IMG/VR virus record: IMGVR_UViG_2690316210_000003
Coordinates: 1-8,594 of that record
From: a virus
Taxonomy: Duplodnaviria; Heunggongvirae; Uroviricota; Caudoviricetes
Length of the DNA stretch: 8,594 bases
Direction: 5' to 3' (one strand)
The position numbers were made by a program, and so were the translations under genes. Under the pieces are notes generated by a model that ran no database searches, was not told where the DNA came from, and saw only the letters and a list, made by a program, of their open reading frames with translations. Below are positions 1 to 6,024 of the stretch, piece after piece; the stretch's first letter is position 1; each line of letters opens with the position of its first letter.

Positions 1-986
1 GGAAAATCGATACTGGAAAAACTCTAACTCGGTGGCCAGTTTTTGTTGACCACTTCAACGCGAATATGTCACTGGCAACGTTCTATAACACTGTCTTAGG
101 CGAAACCTTCGATGATCTTAACGAAGACCGCACAGCCGACGAACTGGAAACGCTGAAAACTGATATTAGCCTAGACAATATTCCTGATGATGTATTGGCT
201 CTGGTAGGTGGAGTTGACCAGCAAAAAGACCGTCTGGAATCTACCTTGCTGGGTATTTCTCGTAAAGGGATATGTGTAGTTGATCACCGATCATTCTATG
301 ATGTGAACTGCGAACGCCACGAATCACTAGCATATAACCAGCTTTACAACTTCCTGAAAGCGAAATTCTATACCCGATCCGGTGAACGAATCCCGATGTT
401 ATCTGCTTTCGTGGACTCATCGAACGGACGAGCTACAAACGTGATCTATCGATTCTGTAGTCGGTGGCAAAATCTAACCGCCATTAAAGGCGCAAGCAAT
501 GTTGATGCTCCAATCCTTCCGGTAAAAGACACAAGAACGGGCGGTTTTACCCTTAAAATTCTGGGCGTAAACAACCTTAAAACGATGATCCGTGAAATGA
601 TTAACCGGAACTTGAGAGATGGCGATCCTCACACTGTCTTCCAGATTGGTGACGTTCCTGATGACTACTGCGAGCAATTGCTATCTGAACAGTTGAAACG
701 GCAGGGTAATACCACACGTTGGGTAAAAGTTGGACAAGCACGAAACGAGGCTCTCGACTGCCTGGCTTATTCCTATGCTGCTTCTCGTCATGTGCTCAAT
801 AAAATGTCATGGGAAAAACTCGAAGCCATCAAAGATAGTTTGAACCGCGAACCAGAAGAATCCGTAAAAGCTCCTGAAACGCAATCTGACGAGCAAATCG
901 AAGAAACTAAGCCAATCACACGACCACAACGTCAAAACATCGCCAGACGCCCAAATAGAGGCCGTAGCTGGGTAACATCGTTCTAA
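1..986 (+). CDS. Probable terminase large subunit, C-terminal portion (5'-partial; gene starts upstream of window)
   Basis: The frame of the listed 66..986 ORF is open from the first full codon (nt 3) to TAA at 984-986. ATG at 66 has no Shine-Dalgarno upstream (aacgcgaatATG), so it is probably an internal Met. Placement directly upstream of the portal candidate fits a packaging ATPase/nuclease; the C-terminal RNEALDCLAYSYAA segment resembles lambda gpA-like terminases from memory only. Confidence 0.55.
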   Translation, partial: KIDTGKTLTRWPVFVDHFNANMSLATFYNTVLGETFDDLNEDRTADELETLKTDISLDNIPDDVLALVGGVDQQKDRLESTLLGISRKGICVVDHRSFYDVNCERHESLAYNQLYNFLKAKFYTRSGERIPMLSAFVDSSNGRATNVIYRFCSRWQNLTAIKGASNVDAPILPVKDTRTGGFTLKILGVNNLKTMIREMINRNLRDGDPHTVFQIGDVPDDYCEQLLSEQLKRQGNTTRWVKVGQARNEALDCLAYSYAASRHVLNKMSWEKLEAIKDSLNREPEESVKAPETQSDEQIEETKPITRPQRQNIARRPNRGRSWVTSF

Positions 987-992
987 TAACTC

Positions 993-1010
993 GCCGTCCT
1001 TCGGGGCGGC
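993..1010 (+). promoter_or_regulatory. GC-rich RNA stem-loop with UUCG tetraloop, no U-tract
   Basis: gccgtcc-ttcg-ggggcggc forms a 7-bp stem (one G-U pair) closing a UUCG loop, 7 nt after the terminase stop; the following sequence (ttactcc) is not U-rich, so it is not a classical intrinsic terminator. Confidence 0.45.
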
Positions 1011-1022
1011 TTACTCCTAAAT

Positions 1023-1042
1023 ATTGTTAATCCAATAACAAT
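1023..1042. repeat. 7-bp inverted repeat ATTGTTA-N6-TAACAAT upstream of the 164-aa gene
   Basis: Perfect 7-bp arms with a 6-nt spacer, read directly from the sequence; AT-rich, so chance occurrence is not excluded. Confidence 0.3.
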
Positions 1043-1046
1043 TAAA

Positions 1047-1058
1047 TAAGGGGTAATT
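1047..1058 (+). promoter_or_regulatory. Ribosome-binding site (ATAAGGGGTAAT motif)
   Basis: AAGGGG core 5 nt upstream of ATG 1059; same extended motif recurs at 1549, 5304 and 6012. Confidence 0.7.
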
Positions 1059-1553
1059 ATGAGTTTAGAACTAATTCCCTTAGTAATTCGTAAAGGCGAA
1101 AAAATCACGCTGGCGAATGAAGAGGGTGTAACAATTCAGGTAGGAAATAGTAAAGGTATCATTTATCAGGTTGATGATTCTCCGGCTAATCACGAGATTA
1201 AAACTCTCTCATTCGAGATAGGTAAATATACCATCGTAATAACTTTGGAAGAAGAACTGGTATCAATGCAGGAATTAACTGTTTTGCCAGTATTCGCCAA
1301 ACAATCCAAAAAAGAATATCTGCGGGAAACTATCGCCTTAATCGAGCAAGTTATTTTCGCCCGTTTATCTGGGGACGAAGCCGCATTATCTCAAATGACC
1401 GTGAAAGGAAATACTTTCGCCTATGAGTCATTGGCTGTTCTCCAGACTCTAAAAGTCGATTATGAACGTCAACTGTCTAAATTAATTCAAGCCGAACGAC
1501 GTAAACAGGGAATTAGCCCGATTAAAAATATCAAATTACGTCTTACGCGATAA
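1059..1553 (+). CDS. Hypothetical protein (164 aa), unknown function
   Basis: ATG with strong upstream RBS; stop TAA 1551-1553 overlaps the RBS of the next gene. No motif I can recognise. Sits between terminase and portal, where lambda has W, but is much longer than W. Confidence 0.8.
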   Translation: MSLELIPLVIRKGEKITLANEEGVTIQVGNSKGIIYQVDDSPANHEIKTLSFEIGKYTIVITLEEELVSMQELTVLPVFAKQSKKEYLRETIALIEQVIFARLSGDEAALSQMTVKGNTFAYESLAVLQTLKVDYERQLSKLIQAERRKQGISPIKNIKLRLTR

Positions 1554-1563
1554 GGGGTAAATC
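1549..1563 (+). promoter_or_regulatory. Ribosome-binding site overlapping upstream stop codon (ATAAGGGGTAAATC)
   Basis: TAA stop of the 164-aa gene (1551-1553) is the first three bases of the TAAGGGG element; ATG 1564 follows 6 nt after GGGG. Confidence 0.7.
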
Positions 1564-3075
1564 ATGTTTAATCTTTTTCGACGCAAAAAGGCGGTAGAAA
1601 CTCCAGTTAAAACTAATCACCGCCAGCAACAACCAAAAATTTTCATCGATAAGCAAGTAGAAAAATTTCAGAAAGACCTGAATACACGTTCATTGGGATT
1701 AGTTGGTGATCGCATTGATGGATCGCTTCAACAAGATACTATCACAGGAACCTTCAATAAGGCTCTCAAATCGAACGGTAAGCGCCTTTATGATCAGGGT
1801 CGTACTCTGGCTATAAACAATGCTGTAGGCAAGCGATACAAGCAGTATATCGTTGACCAAGTTGTTGGTACGGGGCTTGATCCGAAACCATCAATCGTTA
1901 AATCAAATGGCAAACTTGACACCGCACTGAATAAGCAGATCGAGAATGCTTTCTGGAAGTGGGCGCAGAGTGCTAAACGCTTCTCTCGCAACGGTCGCTT
2001 TAACTTCCGTGAAATGCTGGCAATGGCAGAATCTGAACGTGTTCAGGGTGGAGAATGCTTCATCGTTTTAACCAAAGAGAACAATGAGTTACAAGTTTCT
2101 ATTCTGTCTGCTGATAGGTGCGACTGGTCGCTTAGTCGTGAAATAAGCAAAGAACGTGCGATCTATCAGGGGATTGAGTATGACGTAGACACAATGCGCC
2201 CTGTAGCATACTGGTTTAGAAAAATCAATCTACTGACTCAGACCTACACTGGCGAAAATTATCGCGTAGATGCTTCTCAGGTGTGCCACTACTACCAGCC
2301 ACTGTGCGCGGAAAGTTTACGTGGTGTGACTGACTTCCTGCCAGTGATTAAGGATATTGCGCATCAAGAAGCGTTCCGCGAAACCGCGATCGTCCAGAAA
2401 CGTATTGCAGCTAGCTCTATGGGCTTTATTGAACGTCCGAAAGATTCTGGTGACGATTTTGATACTGGTGAAGAGGATGAACAATATCAAGCGCCGGAAG
2501 TAGTACAGGACTTTGCACCGGGTACTATTCAGGAATTGCCGGAAGGGGCAACAATCAAGAGCATTCAATCATCGCAAAATGGCGATGACTTTAACAGCTT
2601 CAATGATGCGATGTTCACTAGCGTATCAATGGGCTTAGGCGTGTTCAAACAGGGCTTAACAGGAGATTGTTCACAGATCAACTACTCAGCCGCACGTTTT
2701 GGGGAACTAACCCAGCGTAACCGCATTAAAGCACTGCAAAACAAATTGATTGAAACAGTGGTATTGCCAATTTTTGAAGCATATCTACGCCATTATTCCG
2801 CGCGTGGTATTGTTCCGATTCGTATTACTGCAATTCCGCATATTATCGATAATACAACTATTATTCGTCCGCGTTTTGAATCCGTCGATCCTATTAAAGA
2901 CGTAAACGCCGAGATTGCTTTAATTCAAAATGGTCTTAAATCACGTACTGCCGTTATATTAGAACGTGGTGATGATCCTGAAAAAGTATTCTCAGAGATT
3001 CAAGCCGAAAAGAGCGCACTAAATATTATCGTTGATGGCGAGGGTGAAGAAAAAAATTCCCCAGCCGATCCCTAA
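1564..3075 (+). CDS. Probable portal protein (503 aa)
   Basis: Size typical of portals, position between terminase and protease/capsid, acidic C-terminal tail (DGEGEEKNSPADP). Assignment is by synteny and size, not a verified homology hit. Confidence 0.6.
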   Translation: MFNLFRRKKAVETPVKTNHRQQQPKIFIDKQVEKFQKDLNTRSLGLVGDRIDGSLQQDTITGTFNKALKSNGKRLYDQGRTLAINNAVGKRYKQYIVDQVVGTGLDPKPSIVKSNGKLDTALNKQIENAFWKWAQSAKRFSRNGRFNFREMLAMAESERVQGGECFIVLTKENNELQVSILSADRCDWSLSREISKERAIYQGIEYDVDTMRPVAYWFRKINLLTQTYTGENYRVDASQVCHYYQPLCAESLRGVTDFLPVIKDIAHQEAFRETAIVQKRIAASSMGFIERPKDSGDDFDTGEEDEQYQAPEVVQDFAPGTIQELPEGATIKSIQSSQNGDDFNSFNDAMFTSVSMGLGVFKQGLTGDCSQINYSAARFGELTQRNRIKALQNKLIETVVLPIFEAYLRHYSARGIVPIRITAIPHIIDNTTIIRPRFESVDPIKDVNAEIALIQNGLKSRTAVILERGDDPEKVFSEIQAEKSALNIIVDGEGEEKNSPADP

Positions 3076-3083
3076 TAACCAAC

Positions 3084-3100
3084 GGGGGCGCAATGCCCCC
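3084..3100 (+). promoter_or_regulatory. GC-rich stem-loop (GGGGGC/GCCCCC), no U-tract
   Basis: gggggc-gcaat-gccccc, 6-bp G:C stem 8 nt after the portal stop and 20 nt before ATG 3121; followed by aattaatt rather than a T-run. Confidence 0.45.
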
Positions 3101-3108
3101 AATTAATT

Positions 3109-3120
3109 AAAGGTGATTAA
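3109..3120 (+). promoter_or_regulatory. Ribosome-binding site (AAAGGTGATTAA)
   Basis: AGGTGA 4 nt upstream of ATG 3121. Confidence 0.65.
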
Positions 3121-3630
3121 ATGCTTAAATTTCGCCGCGAACTTAACGGTTACGGTGGAGTTATTAACGAAGGGCATACTGATCAATACGAATTTGAAAT
3201 TGCTTTCTCCAGTGAACAGCCTTATCAGCGCCAATTCTGGGATGAGCAAAATCAAGAAATGGTGGTATTAGATGAAATTCTGGTACATACACCGGAAGCG
3301 GTTGATCTGTCTCGTCTGAATAATAACGCTCCGTTGCTGTTTAATCATAATTTCGATAATCATTTAGGTGTCGTTTGTAACGCTCGAATCGATGCGGATA
3401 AAGTAGGCCGTGCGACCGTTAGATTCTCTAAGCATGGCACTTTGGCTAATGATATTCGTAATAAAGTCATTGAAGGTACGATGGAAAAAATTTCTGTCGG
3501 CTATGACATTAAAGAATATCACATCGATTATGCCAAAGGACAATTGATTGTTACTAAGTTTGTTCCTTTCGAATTAAGTTTTGTTACGGTCCCGGCGGAC
3601 GATTCGGTCGGTTTAAATCGCTCTCTAAAT
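3121..3630 (+). other. HK97-type prohead protease domain (approximate bounds)
   Basis: Candidate catalytic His76 and Ser125 are 49 residues apart; I recall the same spacing for HK97 gp4 (His65/Ser114), unverified. Confidence 0.5.
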
Positions 3631-5124
3631 ACTATCACAGTTAATTTGGAGGCTAAACGCGATATGACTAAAGAACAAATTGAAGAAATCAAAGAAGAAC
3701 AAGAATCCGCTCAGGTTGAAGAAACTCCGGTAGAAGAAATTAAAGAATCGGAAGTTGAAGAAACTCAAGAGCGCCAAGTTGAAGAGAATAAAGAAGATGA
3801 AAATCTCGAAGACGGAAAAGACGCTGAACATCCTGAAAGTGTTGATGATGATAGTTCAACTGTTCGGGAAACAGAAGAAGTAAAAGAAGAACGTGAAGCT
3901 GCTCCGGTTGAAGAAGAAAAAACCGAGGAAGTGGCTGAACGTTCCGAAGAAGACGAATTAGAAATCCGCGAAATTGCACGCGAGCTAAATATTAACGACG
4001 AAGAATTAGAACGCGCATTGGCAGTTAAAGACATGACGCCGGAAGCATTCCGCACTAAGGCACTAAATAACATTACCAATGCTCAACGTATTAACGAACA
4101 ACAAATTAAGGACTCTAAAATGGAAAAAACTTTTGACCTGAACAACGTAATTCGCTCTCTGGTAGATGGTGAAGCTCTGGGTGCTCACGAAGCCGAGTTT
4201 TCTGCAATGGCTGCTACTGCAACTATGCAGCGTGGTCGTGCTGCTCGTGGTGGCTCTGTATTCGTTCCGGCTGCTGCTATGCGTGCTGCTGCTGCTGGTA
4301 ACACCAAAGCTGACCTGACTGCTATCACTGACGAAAAACTGATGACTGAATCCTACATCGAAATGCTGATGCCGGAATCCGTTCTGGGTCGTCTGGGTGT
4401 GACTGTTTATAGTGGCTTGACTGCTCCGACCGCTATTCCAAAAATGACTAAATCCAGCGTTGACGCTTTCGGCTTCGTTGATGAAAACGGTGCTGCACCG
4501 GAAGGCAAAGCTGAATTTGCAAACGTGAAACTGTCTCCTAAGACTTTTGCTGGTGGGAACCCGATCAGCCGCCAGAGCATCAAAACCGTACCGGGCATCG
4601 CTACCCTGATCACTGATCACATCAACCAGGCTGTTCGCATCAAACTGGAACAACTGATTCTGTCTGACAAAGCTAACGATCGTGGTCCGGCTGGTCTGGT
4701 TAAACAACTGGTAGACGCTAGCCGCGTTGAGAAGAAAGCTGCTTTCACCTACAAAGACTTCCTGAAAGAAATTGCTAAACTGACCGACGCTGGCGTTCCG
4801 GCACAGTCCATCAAGTTTGCAATGAGCGGTGCAACTGCTGCTGAACTGGAATCTACCCTGAAAGATAACGGCGTTTCTGGTTATATCATCGAAAACGGCA
4901 AACTGGCTGGTTACGAAGTAGTTACTTCTGGTGTTATTCCGGCAGACCACATCGTTCTGGGTGACTTCTCCGGTATTACTATCGGTGAGTGGGGCGGTCT
5001 GGAACTGGATATGGACGACACCACCTACCGCGCACAGTCCGCTATCGTTCCGCGTATCTGGGTAGATCTGGATTATGTAGTTACCCAGCCGGAAGCTCTG
5101 AAAGTTCTTCACGTCTCCGAATGA
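3121..5124 (+). CDS. Prohead protease - scaffold-like acidic segment - major capsid protein fusion ORF (667 aa)
   Basis: Single uninterrupted ORF. The N-terminal ~170 aa carry HK97-type prohead protease (S78/U35-like) motifs as I remember them: LLFNHNFDNHLG (His76), KISVGYDI (Ser125), ELSFVTVPADD. Residues ~182-333 are Glu-rich and low-complexity, like a scaffold/delta domain. Residues 334-667 are Ala/Gly-rich with strongly optimised codons, typical of a major capsid protein. Confidence 0.75.
   Translation: MLKFRRELNGYGGVINEGHTDQYEFEIAFSSEQPYQRQFWDEQNQEMVVLDEILVHTPEAVDLSRLNNNAPLLFNHNFDNHLGVVCNARIDADKVGRATVRFSKHGTLANDIRNKVIEGTMEKISVGYDIKEYHIDYAKGQLIVTKFVPFELSFVTVPADDSVGLNRSLNTITVNLEAKRDMTKEQIEEIKEEQESAQVEETPVEEIKESEVEETQERQVEENKEDENLEDGKDAEHPESVDDDSSTVRETEEVKEEREAAPVEEEKTEEVAERSEEDELEIREIARELNINDEELERALAVKDMTPEAFRTKALNNITNAQRINEQQIKDSKMEKTFDLNNVIRSLVDGEALGAHEAEFSAMAATATMQRGRAARGGSVFVPAAAMRAAAAGNTKADLTAITDEKLMTESYIEMLMPESVLGRLGVTVYSGLTAPTAIPKMTKSSVDAFGFVDENGAAPEGKAEFANVKLSPKTFAGGNPISRQSIKTVPGIATLITDHINQAVRIKLEQLILSDKANDRGPAGLVKQLVDASRVEKKAAFTYKDFLKEIAKLTDAGVPAQSIKFAMSGATAAELESTLKDNGVSGYIIENGKLAGYEVVTSGVIPADHIVLGDFSGITIGEWGGLELDMDDTTYRAQSAIVPRIWVDLDYVVTQPEALKVLHVSE
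3664..4119 (+). other. Glu-rich scaffold/delta-like segment with in-frame internal ATG at 3664
   Basis: About 150 residues dominated by E/K/V with 39-bp periodic GTTGAAGAA(ACT) repeats (3715, 3754, 3778); GGAGG at 3648-3652 lies 11 nt upstream of the in-frame ATG 3664. Confidence 0.45.
4120..5124 (+). other. Major capsid protein domain (HK97-fold candidate) with in-frame internal ATG at 4120
   Basis: AAGGA at 4108-4112 lies 7 nt upstream of ATG 4120 (MEKTFDL...). From here to the stop, Leu is almost exclusively CTG and Arg CGT, with Gly GGT and Ala GCT favoured, unlike the upstream part of the same ORF. Confidence 0.6.
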
Positions 5125-5146
5125 ACTAGCTTAGAACCTTCTGAAC

Positions 5147-5167
5147 CTTCCCCCGATTTGGGGGAAG
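5147..5167 (+). promoter_or_regulatory. Perfect 8-bp stem-loop (CTTCCCCC-gattt-GGGGGAAG) 22 nt downstream of the capsid stop
   Basis: Read directly; followed by purine-rich sequence, no U-tract. Confidence 0.5.
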
Positions 5168-5261
5168 AAAATCTGATTCCATCTCAGGAAGAAGAAGTTC
5201 AAGAGGTTACGGCGAAAGCCACAGTTAAAAAAGAACGTAAGACTAAAGCAAAATAATAATT

Positions 5262-5288
5262 AGCCCTGCCTAACGGTGGGGCTTTTTT
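5262..5288 (+). terminator. Rho-independent terminator after the capsid gene
   Basis: agccctgcc-taac-ggtggggct forms a 9-bp stem (two G-U pairs) followed immediately by TTTTT(T); located after the TAATAA double stop. Confidence 0.7.
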
Positions 5289-5303
5289 GTATGTAAATAC
5301 TCC

Positions 5304-5318
5304 ATAAAGGGGGTAACT
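5304..5318 (+). promoter_or_regulatory. Ribosome-binding site (ATAAAGGGGGTAACT)
   Basis: GGGGG 5 nt upstream of ATG 5319; begins only ~15 nt after the terminator U-tract. Confidence 0.7.
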
Positions 5319-5609
5319 ATGTTCAAATTATCAGAATCACAATTATCAAGAATGTTTAAGAGTGCTCCTGTATTTGTGGTGGAAGGTGGTAAATCAATTC
5401 GTGCTTACCATGAAATTACTACTACCGACGAACAAGGGGTAATTACAGAATCAGAATTTCTATTTTGTCGTGAGGGAGACTTAAATCAGGGTGATGTTGT
5501 CATTGTAGACGGTGAACGCTTCAAAGTTCAATACGTTAAGCGCAATGGTGATAATACTTCTGATTGCTTTATTGCTCGTGCAGGGGGTACACATGCTCGC
5601 TACCGTTAA
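5319..5609 (+). CDS. Small virion protein (96 aa), possible head-tail adaptor/head-closure protein
   Basis: Strong RBS; the C-terminal GDVVIVDGERFKVQYV segment resembles the end of head-tail joining proteins as I recall them. Position is immediately downstream of the capsid gene. Function tentative. Confidence 0.75.
   Translation: MFKLSESQLSRMFKSAPVFVVEGGKSIRAYHEITTTDEQGVITESEFLFCREGDLNQGDVVIVDGERFKVQYVKRNGDNTSDCFIARAGGTHARYR
5582..5592 (+). promoter_or_regulatory. Ribosome-binding site embedded in the 3' coding end of the 96-aa gene (AGGGGGTACAC)
   Basis: GGGGGTA + 3 nt + ATG 5593, same geometry as the RBSs at 1059, 5319 and 6025. Confidence 0.6.
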
Positions 5610-6015
5610 TAATATGCCGAGACTGAAAATCAAACGCGCCTTGCAAGATATTATCGAACAAGATTTAGGTCTGGCTTTAAACGTAGAACAAACTCAGCAA
5701 GGCTTTAGTGATGACGTGGTTTGTTGGATTACTGGCATGAATGAAACTTATACGCGTGTTCGTGGTGGTAATGCAATGCAAGCTGAATGCGTTATCGAAA
5801 TGCAGTTGTATTCTCAGAATCATGAAACAAAAATCCATGAGGGTATTTGCCAGATAATCCAGATTCAGCCGGATAACCCACGATTTAAAGATTTGGGCTT
5901 CTCTATTTCAGATATCACTCCAGTAGCTTCTAATACCGATTATGACGATGATTCTAGTGATGGGGGTATCGTTGGGACACTTAGCCTTAAATTTTCTTAT
6001 CTAGCGCGTTTTTAA
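5593..6015 (+). CDS. Hypothetical structural protein (141 aa from ATG 5593), possible connector/tail-completion protein
   Basis: Same frame as the listed 5512..6015 ORF, but 5512 is a GTG with no RBS inside the upstream gene; ATG 5593 has the conserved RBS. Overlaps the upstream gene by 17 nt. ATG 5614 is an alternative start without a recognisable RBS. Confidence 0.7.
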   Translation: MLATVNNMPRLKIKRALQDIIEQDLGLALNVEQTQQGFSDDVVCWITGMNETYTRVRGGNAMQAECVIEMQLYSQNHETKIHEGICQIIQIQPDNPRFKDLGFSISDITPVASNTDYDDDSSDGGIVGTLSLKFSYLARF

Positions 6016-6024
6016 GGGGTAATA
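6012..6024 (+). promoter_or_regulatory. Ribosome-binding site overlapping upstream stop (TTAAGGGGTAATA)
   Basis: TAA stop 6013-6015 forms the start of TAAGGGG; ATG 6025 lies 5 nt after GGGG. Confidence 0.7.

Noticed and set aside
474-2568. Short minus-strand ORFs at 474-677, 1794-1991 and 2317-2568
   Set aside because: Each is fully embedded antisense in a long, well-supported plus-strand gene, and has no RBS or conserved motif.
3715-3786. Short direct repeats GTTGAAGAA(ACT) at 39-bp spacing
   Set aside because: These are a by-product of the Glu/Val-rich low-complexity coding sequence of the scaffold-like segment, not an independent DNA element.
3625-4079. Three overlapping minus-strand ORFs (68, 79 and 104 aa) opposite the Glu-rich segment
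   Set aside because: Antisense of GAA-rich sequence gives Phe/Leu/Ser-rich artefacts (TTC repeats); no independent support.
4063-5112. 349-aa minus-strand ORF
   Set aside because: Entirely antisense to the capsid domain, whose strong codon bias leaves the opposite strand stop-poor; Ser/Thr/Phe-rich low-complexity translation and no RBS context. Treated as a shadow ORF.
5291-5318. Resemblance of TGTAAATACTCCATAAAGGGGG to T4 late (TATAAATA) or T3/T7-type single-subunit RNAP promoters
   Set aside because: Matches are partial. Other TAAATA occurrences (around 1019 and 6868) are not at a consistent distance from starts, and the conserved part is better explained as the ribosome-binding motif. 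Cannot be settled without transcript-start mapping or the rest of the genome.
5125-5318. Possible small RNA or tRNA in the largest intergenic gap
   Set aside because: The structure visible is two simple hairpins (one a terminator) with no cloverleaf arms or anticodon-loop arrangement; more economically a 3'-UTR or readthrough region.
5512-5592. GTG start giving a transmembrane-like N-terminus for the 167-aa ORF
   Set aside because: No RBS, lies inside the upstream gene, and the hydrophobic stretch is the kind of artefact an out-of-frame reading of coding sequence produces; ATG 5593 with the conserved RBS is preferred.
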